Origin: a virus
IMG/VR virus record: IMGVR_UViG_3300036945_000814
Location: 1 to 64,000 of that record
DNA: 64,000 bases
Strand: one strand, 5' to 3'
Below, one piece after another: positions 26,805 through 36,811 of the stretch. The first letter of the stretch is position 1, and each line of letters starts with the position of its first letter. The position numbers and the translations under genes are program-made. Below the pieces are notes generated by a model. It did no database searches and was not told where the DNA came from. It saw only the letters and a program-made list of their open reading frames with translations.

Positions 26805-27196
26805 GCAAGAACCCCACAAGACCGTGCGCCGACTGCCCCTACCGCAAGGACGCCCCCGCCGGGCACTGGCACCCGGAGGAGTTCGAGAAGGTGAAGCGAG
26901 CGCAGCAAGGGGAGCGCGAGGGAGGCATGGCCGCCATGACCGGAGCCTTCGCCTGCCACAAGCACGCGAAGCTCCCGGCCAGCGACCGCGGATGGTGCGC
27001 CGGGTGGGCGCTACAGCAACGCGCCGACGGTGTGCCGAGCCTGTCGCTGCGCCTCATGCTGACGCGCCCCGACGCCCTCGCCGACTTCCAAGCTCTCGAC
27101 GGCACGGGGCTGGATCTCTACCCGAGCGTGAACGCGATGCTCAAGGCCAACGCGCACGCGAACAGCACCGCCAAAAGATCCAAGAGGAAGCCATGA
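26801..27196 (+). CDS. DUF6283-like Cys/His protein
   Basis: PCADCPYRKDAPAG...FACH...CAGW. Confidence 0.7.
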   Translation: MSKNPTRPCADCPYRKDAPAGHWHPEEFEKVKRAQQGEREGGMAAMTGAFACHKHAKLPASDRGWCAGWALQQRADGVPSLSLRLMLTRPDALADFQALDGTGLDLYPSVNAMLKANAHANSTAKRSKRKP

Positions 27197-27624
27197 GCGA
27201 CGAAAGATCCAAGGGCGACGACCCTACCAACGAGCCACGATCCAAGCACGACGCGCCGGGCATGGATCGCCGCCCCCACGCGCACGCCATCGCCGAAGCG
27301 ACCGTCAAGGCGCTCATGCGCTACCCGGACCACGGGCTCGCAGACACGGCCTATCCGCGCCTCGGACGTGAGGTCGTCGACGCCGCCCTCGACCGCCTGC
27401 TGCTCACCGCCCAGCGCGCCACCCTCAACGCCGCAAAGGCCGCCGAGGTGGAAGCGCGCTGCGCCTGCCTGACCGACCTCGTCGAGCGCGCGATCCCCCT
27501 GCTGGCCGATGCCACAGGAGGCGGCCGCTTGGCAGGCGACGCCCGCGCGGCCCTCGACGCCTTCGCCAAGGTCGCCGCCCGCGAGGCGGAGCTGCTGGCC
27601 GCGTTGCGTCAGGGGGGCTCATGA
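27193..27624 (+). CDS. hypothetical protein
   Basis: GAGGA SD, ATGA coupling. Confidence 0.55.
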   Translation: MSDERSKGDDPTNEPRSKHDAPGMDRRPHAHAIAEATVKALMRYPDHGLADTAYPRLGREVVDAALDRLLLTAQRATLNAAKAAEVEARCACLTDLVERAIPLLADATGGGRLAGDARAALDAFAKVAAREAELLAALRQGGS

Positions 27625-27900
27625 CCACGACTCCGGCGAAACTACTCAACCGAGGATCCGCCATCCGTCGTCGACGCCGCCGGGTGGTGGAAGCATCCCC
27701 GCTACAGCGAGTTTGAGCAGCGCGACGGCGCGCGAGGCTTTGCCGTCGCCGTGCGATCCATCAAACACAACTGGAAAACAGGCGGCGAGGAGGTGGAATG
27801 GAAACCCGGCGTCATGCAGGTTGCAGGTTGCCGATGTCTACCACCACAACGATCGCAGCCTCGTGAGGTGGTGATCCGGGCTGGCCGCGTTGCGTCGCCC

Positions 27901-27928
27901 TTGACAGTCTCGCGCGTTTGACGACAAT
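27901..27928 (+). promoter_or_regulatory. putative sigma70 promoter TTGACA-N16-GACAAT
   Basis: Same 16-bp spacing as the other promoters; upstream of the histone-like gene. Confidence 0.5.
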
Positions 27929-27999
27929 CGAAAGCAGTACAGCGGAGCCGGTTCGCGCGCGGCCCGCTTCAACCACGCGCGCATCGAAAGCAGGACACC

Positions 28000-28305
28000 A
28001 TGAGCAAGACGACGAAGAAGGCCGCGCCGAAGGCGAAGGCCGCCCCGAAGGCCGCGAAGGCGCCGGCGAAGAAGGCCCCCAAGGCGAAGGCCGCGCCGAA
28101 GGCGAAGGCGAAGGCCGCCCCCAAGCTCACCGACGCGCAGCTCAACGTGCTCAAGCGCGTGGCCGCGAGCGCCGACCAGAGCGCGACCGGGTTCGACCGC
28201 CGCACCCTCAACGCCCTGTCGGCGAAGAAGCTGATCGCGGGCACCAAGGCCGTGCGCGTCACGGCCGCCGGCAGCGCCTACCTCGGCGCCCCCGCGGCCG
28301 CCTGA
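28000..28305 (+). CDS. histone H1-like Lys/Ala-rich protein with small C-terminal winged helix
   Basis: AAPKAK repeats; LTDAQLNVL...LSAKKLI...VTAAG; AGGA SD. Confidence 0.8.
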   Translation: MSKTTKKAAPKAKAAPKAAKAPAKKAPKAKAAPKAKAKAAPKLTDAQLNVLKRVAASADQSATGFDRRTLNALSAKKLIAGTKAVRVTAAGSAYLGAPAAA

Positions 28306-28326
28306 CGGTTCGATCGAGCTGGAGCA

Positions 28327-28358
28327 GGAAGGCGCCCCACGCGGGCGCTTTTCTGTTT
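28327..28358 (+). terminator. intrinsic terminator
   Basis: GGAAGGCGCCC-CACGC-GGGCGCTTTTC-TGTTT. Confidence 0.7.
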
Positions 28359-28426
28359 CCGGGCTCGCATTCGATGGAACAGGCCGACCATCGGTCACAA
28401 TCAAACGACGTCCGATAGCGCGGTGG

Positions 28427-28451
28427 CGACAACGACGGACGCCGGCGATAG
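28427..28451 (+). promoter_or_regulatory. CGACAA-N12-GCGATAG motif
   Basis: Exact match ending 8 nt before ATG 28460. Confidence 0.7.
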
Positions 28452-28459
28452 ATCCGAGC

Positions 28460-29206
28460 ATGGGATCAGCTCTCTCGCCGAACGAACAACGCACCATCGA
28501 ACGTCACATCCGCGACGGTCGAACGCTCAAGTGGATCGTGCGACGCACAAACCGTGGGGCCGGTTCCGTTCACAGAGTTCGCCGAGCAATCGGCCTAGCA
28601 CGCGAGGCAACCGTGTCGATGACAGACGCAGACGTGGAATCGAGATCCAAGGCTTTTGTAGCTGCCATGTTGGAGCAGATACCGGAAAGGGTGCATCGGA
28701 TTGGCTCGTTCTTCGGTCTGCGTTCGATGCTCAAGGAGCTGTTTGACCATGCCGTTGTCGACGTCGACGGTCGCGCGCCATCCGCATCCGACCGGGAAGA
28801 GGTCGCCGTTGCGCACGCGAAGAGTCACAACATGATCGTGTTGGGGATGCAGCCGAACAAGCGAGTGCAGCGGATCAGCGTGCCCGACTTTCTGCGGTTG
28901 GCTCGTTCCTGTGAGCCGGTTCGCGTTGCTGTCGCATCGCTCAATCTCAACCCGTATCCGCCTCCGCCGCTGCCGCCCATGCCGCCGAAGTACACTGCTC
29001 CGCCTCCGCCTCCGCCTGCTCCGCCTCCGCCTGCTCCGCCTCCGCCGAACAAGGTGCTGTCCGCCGCCTTTGATCACCTCTTGCTTGAGGCGGCTCGATC
29101 CGGCCGCTTCGATGTCGTCTGGCAGGTGTCCGTCGCCTACGCACACTTCCACGCCCACAGCGGCGCTCGTGTCGTCATGCCGGCTGGCTACGCGGTGCAG
29201 CCATGA
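28460..29206 (+). CDS. hypothetical protein with N-terminal HTH-like segment and poly-Pro tract; atypical codon usage
   Basis: IRDGRTLKWIVRRTNRGAGSV; (CCTCCG)n repeat at about 28995-29046. Confidence 0.55.
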   Translation: MGSALSPNEQRTIERHIRDGRTLKWIVRRTNRGAGSVHRVRRAIGLAREATVSMTDADVESRSKAFVAAMLEQIPERVHRIGSFFGLRSMLKELFDHAVVDVDGRAPSASDREEVAVAHAKSHNMIVLGMQPNKRVQRISVPDFLRLARSCEPVRVAVASLNLNPYPPPPLPPMPPKYTAPPPPPPAPPPPAPPPPNKVLSAAFDHLLLEAARSGRFDVVWQVSVAYAHFHAHSGARVVMPAGYAVQP

Positions 29207-31323
29207 AACAAGGTGATCCAATGAACAAGAGCAATCGCCCGTCATGGGATGACTACTTCCTCGCCATCGCGCGCACCGTCGCCACACGCTCGCCCTGCGT
29301 GAAGCGACAGGTGGGCGCCGTGCTCGTCTCCGAAGACCGCGCGATCCTCGCCACGGGCTACAACGGCCCGCCCCGCGGCGCCCCCCACCGCGACGAGACA
29401 ACGTGCGTGCGCATCGGCATCCCGAGCGGTGAACGCGCCGACGTCGTCTGCTGTGCGCACGCCGAGATCAACGCCATCGCCCAAGCCGCGCGCCACGGCG
29501 TGCCCGTCAAGGGCTCGACGCTCTACGTCACGACGTCGCCGTGCGCGTGGTGCGCGAGATCCATCGTCAACGCCGGCGTCGTGCGCGTCGTGCGCGGCGG
29601 CGACTACGCCGACAAGGTGGCAGCCGACGTGTTCCGCGAGAGTGGCGTGCCCGTCGAGTGGGGCGGGCTGACGGGAGCGCAGATCCAAGCCGCCGTCGAC
29701 AAGGGCAAGGCCGACGCGGACAAGCTCCGCAAGGCCGGGTGGCAGCACGGGCTCTTGCCCGACCGCCAGCGCCCCGCCTACTGCCACGGCCAGTGCGTCA
29801 ACGCTCCCGAGGGTGCGCTGCCGCGGTTGCGCGAGTTCAACGTGCTTTGCGCCGGGTGCGTGCAGGAAATGGATCGGGCGACTGAGAAGGCCCTCACAGA
29901 CGCCGCCAACGACTCGGTCGATCCTGCCTACTGGCGTGGGAGCGATGACGGCGTAGCGGGCACCCTGCGCGCAATCACGGGCATCCTCGACGGCCCCTTG
30001 ACCTCCGATCCATCTTTCGGTGGCGCCGAGCTGAATGCCGTCGCCCGACGCATCATCGCGATCCGCACCGAGCTGGACGCCGTCCACAGCGACCTCGGCG
30101 CCGAGTGCGAAACACGGATCGCAGCCGAGCTTGTCGCCCGCACTGAGACGGCCATCGCCGTCGAGTTCAGTCTCGTCGCCGATGAGCGGGGCATGGAGCT
30201 GGACCGGATCAAGACCGAGATCCAACGCTCGCTGGCCGCGGCTGGCGTGCCGCTCCCTGACGAAGACCCGACAGCGCAAGGTGAGATCCCGATGGCCGTG
30301 GGGAAGCTCGACGCGGCCGCCACGCTGCTCAGCCTCCGCGTGCAGGCTCTTGAGGGCGGCATCCCCGCGATGATGGCCGTCGCCCAGATGGAGCGCGCCG
30401 AGGCCATCGATCAGGCGGGACGGGACGCCCGCCGCGCTGACGAGAACGCCGACGCGGCCGCTACGGCCCGCGCGAGCCTCGGCAGCTTCGTTGCGCTCAT
30501 TGACGTCTCGTGCGGCGGGAGCGGCACCGCTGCACCCGAGCGCGTGATCGAGAAGGTCCAGTCGATCCATTCCGAGCTGGCGCTCGCGCGCGACAGTTTC
30601 AGGCTGACCGACGAAGAGAACAACCGCTTGCGCGAAGAGAAGGCAGAGGCCCGCGACCGAGCGACGGGCATGACGGCCTCTCGCCACGTTCCAGCGAACA
30701 AAGACCCCGTGCGACTTGCGCTGGCCCATGTTCTCGGTCGTCTCGGCGGAGATCCAACCCCTCTCGTTCTCAACGACGCGACGGCAGAGGCGATGTCTGA
30801 TGAGATCCACGCTCTCGTGCAGCACCTCGAAGAACGCGCCCGCGACGCGATGGCCGCGGCGAACGGCAAGCTGTCTGACGAGATCCAAGCGGTACGCAAC
30901 GAGCGCGATGAGTGGGCCGCGAAGGCGCACAGCTCGCGCATGGAGTCGGACAGGGAGACGGCCCGCGCCGACAAGGGCGCCGCCGACGCCGCCCACAACG
31001 CGGGGCTCGTCATCGCCGAGAACCGGGAGCGGCAGAAGCTCCACGAAGAGATCCAACGCCTTGAGGCGTGGGTCGAGGGCAAGGGTTCTCTCGGCGAAGG
31101 CCGCGTCTCAAAGGCCGTGCTCAAGTACGCCCGCGATCACGAGGAGCGCACATGGACGGCCGCCGAGCGATCGGGCAAAGCCGCCATCACCCTCGACGCC
31201 GTCTACGCCGTCGCCCTCGACGCAAGCGTGAGCGGAAACCCGAGGGCGCTGGCCGAGATCCTTGATCTCTACAGCAAGCACAAAGCAAGCATGAAAGCCG
31301 ACAGCACCATCGGCCAGCGATAG
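29203..31323 (+). CDS. dCMP deaminase fused to a long coiled-coil region (start may be 29221)
   Basis: RPSWDDYF, RSPCVKRQVGAV, TGYNG, HAEINA, SPCAWC. Confidence 0.85.
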   Translation: MKQGDPMNKSNRPSWDDYFLAIARTVATRSPCVKRQVGAVLVSEDRAILATGYNGPPRGAPHRDETTCVRIGIPSGERADVVCCAHAEINAIAQAARHGVPVKGSTLYVTTSPCAWCARSIVNAGVVRVVRGGDYADKVAADVFRESGVPVEWGGLTGAQIQAAVDKGKADADKLRKAGWQHGLLPDRQRPAYCHGQCVNAPEGALPRLREFNVLCAGCVQEMDRATEKALTDAANDSVDPAYWRGSDDGVAGTLRAITGILDGPLTSDPSFGGAELNAVARRIIAIRTELDAVHSDLGAECETRIAAELVARTETAIAVEFSLVADERGMELDRIKTEIQRSLAAAGVPLPDEDPTAQGEIPMAVGKLDAAATLLSLRVQALEGGIPAMMAVAQMERAEAIDQAGRDARRADENADAAATARASLGSFVALIDVSCGGSGTAAPERVIEKVQSIHSELALARDSFRLTDEENNRLREEKAEARDRATGMTASRHVPANKDPVRLALAHVLGRLGGDPTPLVLNDATAEAMSDEIHALVQHLEERARDAMAAANGKLSDEIQAVRNERDEWAAKAHSSRMESDRETARADKGAADAAHNAGLVIAENRERQKLHEEIQRLEAWVEGKGSLGEGRVSKAVLKYARDHEERTWTAAERSGKAAITLDAVYAVALDASVSGNPRALAEILDLYSKHKASMKADSTIGQR
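31299..31323 (+). promoter_or_regulatory. CGACAG-N12-GCGATAG motif
   Basis: One mismatch; ends 8 nt before ATG 31332; its TAG is also the upstream stop. Confidence 0.6.
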
Positions 31324-31331
31324 GAACAAGC

Positions 31332-31952
31332 ATGAGCAACAACAACGACCCCTGCCCGAAGTGCGGCGAGCCCCTTGAGTACGACGAGGTCGACGTAGGC
31401 GTCGGCGTCATCCGCGGCAACGCGGGCTGCCCTGCGTGCCACTGGATGCCAGCGGCGTTGGTCGAGGACATCGCCGTCGCCGACCGCTACAAGGCCCGCG
31501 AGCGCACCGACCCACACGTCGAAGCGGTGGCGCGCGAGATCCAACGATTGCAGGCGTACACGCGCACGACGCAAGCGGCGTTCGACGATCTCGCCGTCGC
31601 CCAAGAGCGCAACGTGTGGCTCACGAGCCGCGTCGATGGGCTGCTTGAGGACAACAACCGCTACCTTGAGGAAGGCCGTCGATCACGTCGGGAGCTAACC
31701 GACGCGAAGACCGTCAATGCGCTCGTCGTTCGTCAGCTCGTGACGTTGCGCGAGGCGCTGGAGTTCTACGCCGACGAGAACAACTATGATGAGGCCGGCG
31801 TCTGCGGCACCGTGACGACATCGCACGATCCAACTTCCGTCGGCTCCGGCCCCGAGTCGGAAACAGATCCAGACCTCGGCGCCGTCGCCGAGCAGGCGTT
31901 GCAGGATGTCATGGGCATCGAGCGCACGCCCCTTGAGCCGGTGAAGCCATGA
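31332..31952 (+). CDS. Zn-ribbon plus coiled-coil hypothetical protein
   Basis: CPKCG...VDVGVG...CPACHW; LREALEFYA. Confidence 0.7.
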   Translation: MSNNNDPCPKCGEPLEYDEVDVGVGVIRGNAGCPACHWMPAALVEDIAVADRYKARERTDPHVEAVAREIQRLQAYTRTTQAAFDDLAVAQERNVWLTSRVDGLLEDNNRYLEEGRRSRRELTDAKTVNALVVRQLVTLREALEFYADENNYDEAGVCGTVTTSHDPTSVGSGPESETDPDLGAVAEQALQDVMGIERTPLEPVKP

Positions 31953-32650
31953 CTCAATCCGTCCCCACCTCTTTCGTTTCGGATCTCTTGTCGTGCTCCG
32001 CATCGACAGCCATCAAGCACATGCGGGCGCATGGGTTCGAGCCTGTTGGTCGAAGTGGCGTCTCTTTTCTTTGGAAGCGCGCCGACGTCGATACCGTCGC
32101 GGACGAGCGCCGCCGATGGCAGGAGCAGGATGGTGCGTCTCATCCGGCCGTGGCAGCTTGGATGGATCGCGACGAGCACGGCGCGGCCGAAGAGGCGCAG
32201 GATCGCGACATCGTCGCGGAGCGGTGGGGGAAGCCGCTCGATGCCGCCAAGCTCGCCGAGCACCGCGCAGCGGCAGACAGGCGCAAGGTGGGCGCCGATG
32301 CTGTCGTCACACGAGAAACCATCGTGGCGCTCACCAACGCGACCAACACCGGGCGACTTCGATCCAAGTCGATGAGGGACGCGGCGGAAGACGAACGGCG
32401 CTACCGCGCGCAGCACCCCCGACCAGCCCGTGTGTTCCGTTTGCCGCAAGGCTCGCCGCAGACATGGCGCGCGTCCTTGTACGAGGTCGTTGTCACAGAC
32501 GCCTTCGTCAAGGGAACCGACGCGCTGCGGGAGAAGCTGCTCATTGACGCGGGCTGCCGATTCCGCTTGTCGCCGCGTTTGACGTCGTGGGCGAAGAACG
32601 AATACTACGCCCGCCTGCGCCGAGAAGTTTTTGCAGACGGTGAAGCATGA
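31949..32650 (+). CDS. hypothetical protein
   Basis: ATGA coupling at both ends. Confidence 0.6.
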   Translation: MTQSVPTSFVSDLLSCSASTAIKHMRAHGFEPVGRSGVSFLWKRADVDTVADERRRWQEQDGASHPAVAAWMDRDEHGAAEEAQDRDIVAERWGKPLDAAKLAEHRAAADRRKVGADAVVTRETIVALTNATNTGRLRSKSMRDAAEDERRYRAQHPRPARVFRLPQGSPQTWRASLYEVVVTDAFVKGTDALREKLLIDAGCRFRLSPRLTSWAKNEYYARLRREVFADGEA

Positions 32651-33018
32651 GGCCGCCGCTCATCTACATTGCCGGCCCGTTCACTGGCCCGACCGCGTGG
32701 GACATCGCTGAGAACGTGCGCGAGGCTGAACGCTACGGGCTCTTGGTGGCGAAGGCCGGCGGGATGCCCGTTATCCCGCACGCCAACACGCATCTTTTTC
32801 ACGGGCAGCTCACCGCCGAGTTCTGGTACGCCGGGACGCTCGCTCTCATGCGCGCGTGCGACGGCGTGTTTCTCTGTCGACGTTGGCGCGACAGCGTGGG
32901 GGCAAAGAAAGAGGCTGCGGAGGCAGGGCGGCTCGGGCTGCCGACCTTCGACTACCAAGGGCCGCACAACGATCCTGCGATCGCTGACTTCGTGGCGGAC
33001 TGCGTCGGTGGGCCGTGA
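32647..33018 (+). CDS. DUF4406 / nucleoside 2-deoxyribosyltransferase-fold protein
   Basis: IYIAGPFTG...PH...CDGVFL...W..S.GA..E. Confidence 0.8.
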   Translation: MRPPLIYIAGPFTGPTAWDIAENVREAERYGLLVAKAGGMPVIPHANTHLFHGQLTAEFWYAGTLALMRACDGVFLCRRWRDSVGAKKEAAEAGRLGLPTFDYQGPHNDPAIADFVADCVGGP

Positions 33019-33584
33019 AGGTTCTAGTGTGTGGCGGCCGCGCGTTCGACGACTACGCGATGGTGATCCGCGTCTTGGATCGCGTCCATGAGTCGACGCC
33101 CGCCGGGATCTCCCTCGTGATCCACGGCGACGCCAACGGCGCGGACCGGCTCGGCGGCGCGTGGGCCGTGCTCCGCCGCCTGCCCGTGCAGGCGTTCCCC
33201 GCACGCTGGCAAGCGGAGGGCAAGGCCGCCGGCCCGCTCCGCAATCAACGGATGCTCGACGAGGGCAAGCCCGACCTCGTCGTCGGCTTCCCCGGCGGCA
33301 CCGGCACGCGCGACATGCTCACCCGCGCCGAGAAGGCCGGTGTGCTGCGCTACGAGCTGCCCACGCGCTTCATCCTCGACCCCGGCCCCGTCACATCCCG
33401 TTTCGACGGCCAGCGCCATCACATTCCCGCGCAGCGACTCGCCTACCTGTACGGCGTGCCGCTCAATCGCACCGTGAGCGCCGCAGAGACGCGCGGTCGG
33501 GGCAACTGGCCCGCCAACTGGCCCGTGCTCGCCCCGAGCTTTGACGGCACCTACGGCCCCGCAAGGGCCATCGAGGATCCATGA
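33015..33584 (+). CDS. SLOG (YspA/DUF2493) family protein
   Basis: [33 protein letters not shown]. Confidence 0.85.
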   Translation: MKVLVCGGRAFDDYAMVIRVLDRVHESTPAGISLVIHGDANGADRLGGAWAVLRRLPVQAFPARWQAEGKAAGPLRNQRMLDEGKPDLVVGFPGGTGTRDMLTRAEKAGVLRYELPTRFILDPGPVTSRFDGQRHHIPAQRLAYLYGVPLNRTVSAAETRGRGNWPANWPVLAPSFDGTYGPARAIEDP

Positions 33585-33883
33585 ACGACCGCGAGCGTTT
33601 CTACAGTCTCATGCGCGAGCTGCACACGGTCACCGAGCACAGCCGGCGCTCGGTGATCGCGGCGATGGACGACATCATCCGCAGGAACCAGAACGGCCCC
33701 CCGCACGGTCACGCCGACGGGTCGTTCTCCCCGGCGCAATGGACGATCGCCCGCGACCTCATCTACGCGATCGAAAACTTCAACACCGCGTGGCGCAAGG
33801 CCCTCGCCCTCGCGGCCCCCGACCTCATGGCCGCCGCGCCCCCGGATCGCGACGGCTTCATCGACGACGATCTTCCCTTCTGA
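33581..33883 (+). CDS. small protein ending in an SSB-like tail (DDDLPF)
   Basis: GAGGA SD; C-terminus GFIDDDLPF. Confidence 0.65.
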   Translation: MNDRERFYSLMRELHTVTEHSRRSVIAAMDDIIRRNQNGPPHGHADGSFSPAQWTIARDLIYAIENFNTAWRKALALAAPDLMAAAPPDRDGFIDDDLPF

Positions 33884-33897
33884 CGACGAGGTGATTC

Positions 33898-34137
33898 ATG
33901 GCAAGAGGCATCAACGACGAGACGACGCGCCGCACCGGCGACGGCGACGACAAGCACGAGATCGAGGACTGCACGGCCGTCGGCAGCACTGAGAAGGCGC
34001 TGCGCGTGATCGTGCATGGCACGGCAATGTGGATCCCGCTGTCGCAGATCCATGACGACAGCGAGGTCTTCGAGAAGAACCACACCGGGACGCTCGCGGT
34101 CAAAGGTTGGTTCGCGCGCAAAAACGGCTGGGCGTAA
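33898..34137 (+). CDS. small phage protein (TEKAL...WIPLSQI)
   Basis: GAGG SD; motif common in phage small beta proteins. Confidence 0.7.
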   Translation: MARGINDETTRRTGDGDDKHEIEDCTAVGSTEKALRVIVHGTAMWIPLSQIHDDSEVFEKNHTGTLAVKGWFARKNGWA

Positions 34138-34142
34138 CCGCT

Positions 34143-34355
34143 GTGGACTGTGAGACGTGCGGCGACCTTGGCTATGCTTGGATCCCGTGCGTCCGCTACA
34201 GCAGCTCGCATGTGCATCGGAAGGGCGAGGCGGCCCGCGCCATCGTCGCCCACCGTGAGCGGTTCCGCGCCCCGTGCGACTGTGAGCGCGGCGCCGAATG
34301 GATCGAGGCCCGGAGGAGCGGCGAGGAGCTGACCGACGCCGCCGATGACGACTAG
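34143..34355 (+). CDS. small Cys-containing hypothetical protein
   Basis: CETCGD...PCDC. Confidence 0.45.
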   Translation: MDCETCGDLGYAWIPCVRYSSSHVHRKGEAARAIVAHRERFRAPCDCERGAEWIEARRSGEELTDAADDD

Positions 34356-34373
34356 GCCGCCCACCAGCGATAG
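34349..34373 (+). promoter_or_regulatory. CGACTA-N12-GCGATAG motif
   Basis: One mismatch; followed by GGAGG SD and ATG 34394. Confidence 0.65.
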
Positions 34374-34393
34374 ATTCACTCGGAGGTTCTACA

Positions 34394-34864
34394 ATGACCG
34401 CACACGCAGCCCTGCCCCCTCTCCCTCACAACGTGGTCGCCATGAAGCCCACCAAAGCCACCGTCACGATCACCGGCCCCGACGGCAAGACGTCAGGCGC
34501 CATCGACCTCAAGAAGCTCGAAAAGGCCGCCGACATGCTCGCCGAGGCCACCGGGCGCAAGCCCGGCAAGCGCCCCGTCGTCGACGTCGACCCCGAAGAG
34601 GTCGCCAAGCTGGAGAAGCTGCTCGGCGAAGAAGCCGTGGCCGCCCTCCGCGACTGCGACCACGCCGAGCTGCGCGAGCGCATCGTCACCCTGTCCGAGC
34701 ATGAGGTCGAGACGGAACAGGCGATGAAAAAAGACGACGGCATGGCCGCCTTGAAGGAACAGCTCAAGAACGCCGCGGCCACCTACAAAGAGACGATCAA
34801 GTTTCTCAAGGCCCGCCGCCGCTTCGCCGTCCTGCTCATGGCCGAGCGCGGGCGCCCGGTGTGA
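34394..34864 (+). CDS. hypothetical coiled-coil protein
   Basis: GGAGG SD. Confidence 0.75.
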   Translation: MTAHAALPPLPHNVVAMKPTKATVTITGPDGKTSGAIDLKKLEKAADMLAEATGRKPGKRPVVDVDPEEVAKLEKLLGEEAVAALRDCDHAELRERIVTLSEHEVETEQAMKKDDGMAALKEQLKNAAATYKETIKFLKARRRFAVLLMAERGRPV

Positions 34865-36781
34865 GCGACCCCAACCCCTTCGACGATGAGGCCGACACCG
34901 ACCCGCAGGGCGCACCCGTCCTGCACGTCGAGGGGAATGTCGTGCGCTACCGCGGCGAAGCGTTCGACCTCACCGGCATCGTCTTCGCCGACGACGTCGC
35001 GAGGATCAAGCGCCTCGCCGCGTGGCTCGACGAAGTCAACGAGCGCCAGCGGCTTGCACAGCACGCCCGCACCCACCCCGGAAAGTTCTGATGCCCGACG
35101 AAACCAAGACCATCACCGAGAACCTTGCCGCCCTCGCCGACACGCTCGGGACGTGGGCGGCTTTCGCCTCTCGATGCGCCGCCGCCGTCCACAAGGACAT
35201 CCCCGGCGGCCGCACGCTGCACATGAGCCTCGGTGTCCTCGCCGGTTCGCTCAACTATGCCCGCAACGAGGCCCGCCGGGCCTCCGACTGGAAACCCGAT
35301 GAGCGATGAAGCCCACGACGAGATCCAAGCACTCCGCACGGCGCTCAAACAGGCCACGGCCGAGCGCGACGCCGCGCGCGTGCTCGTGATCGAGGCCGAG
35401 CGGTTCCTGCGGGACGCGGGCGCCCTCGACCTCCCCACGGGATGCACCGACCACGTCAACGTCGTGGCGCTCGCCTTCCGCGCTTCCTGCACCCTCGAAC
35501 GTATGCGGCGCGAGCTGGCCGCCGCCAAAGGAGCCCCGTGACCACGATCCGAATCATCGCGCAGATCCAGTACACCGGCGTCGAGCCCCGCATGGTCAGC
35601 AAGTCTTTCGACATTGCCCGCGACCTCGTCGCCGACCCCATCGAGGTCAACGACGTGCTCGTCCTCGGGACCGACTTCCTTTCGACCCGCGTGCTCATTT
35701 CCGCGGCGCAGGGCGGCGACCCGCCGACCTTCCGTCGCGAGATCCTTGCCGTCGGCACCGCGGTTGACGTCGACGTGGCCGTCAACCTCGCCGAAGTCGC
35801 AGGGTGGACGGTCGACCGATGATCGGCACACCGCAACTGCACCAACGAGCGAGCGGCACCTATCGCGTCGACGGAATGAACCTCGCCGACACCCGCGTGC
35901 GCCTCACGTTCCCCGCGTCGTTCGACGTCGAGGCCATGCGCGGCGTCACTGTCGACGCCACCGTGTTCGCCGAGCGGCCCGACAGCACGCACCCGCTGTG
36001 GTGCGACTTCAAGCACCCCGGCGACGGCCACTGGCGCTCCGTGTTCGCGCAACGTGCTTGGATCGAAGCCTCGACCGAGCCCGCCACCCCTGCCGAGCCC
36101 GCCATCAAGCGCGGGCCATTCAAGAGGCCCCCACGATGACGCCGCTCTTCGCCGCCCTCATCACCCCCGTGCTCATGGCCTCCGGCGACGGCGTCGCCCA
36201 CGGATGGCCGGGACCGCCGAAGCGCAAACGCGCCCCGAAAGCCAAGCGCAAGAAGCGCAAGGCCGTGAAGGCCGCACGAAAGGAGCAACGATGATCCAAA
36301 CCCTGCACTACCGCCCCGACGACGACTGCCTCGTCGTCGTCAACGAAGACGGCACCATCGCCGCCGCAACCAACGCCAGCGACTTGCTCGCCCGCAAGAC
36401 GCAAGACCCCGAGGCCGCCAAGGTCGGGCTCCTGCGGTTCCTCGACTTCAAGGACTGGCAGGCCAAGGTCGCTGGCCGCGTCCTGTGGACGGGCTCCGTC
36501 GAAAGCGCGATGGCGACGGCACCGCGCCTGCGGCCGCGCCTGTGAGCTTCGCGGCGTTCTCTCGGCGCTCGTGGTGGCACGAGCGGCTTCCCGCCGCTCC
36601 GCCTCCGCCTGTGCTTCCGCTCGTCGCTGGCACGCCCTACGACGATCTTTTGATCGCCACGGATCAGGCGCTACGGGTCGCCAACGAAGCACACCGGCGC
36701 GTGCTTCGGGCCATAGGGCCGCGCCACATCGACCCGCTCACCCTCGCGAACGAGAACCCCGAGCACATCCCGCGGCTGTGA
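34861..36781 (+). CDS. run of 8 translationally coupled small hypothetical ORFs (34861-35091, 35091-35309, 35299-35541, 35538-35822, 35819-36139, 36136-36294, 36291-36545, 36542-36781)
   Basis: Contiguous start/stop overlaps; no recognisable motifs. Confidence 0.55.
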
Positions 36782-36811
36782 GACTGTGAACGTCCGGGCT
36801 ATGCTGCCCGG

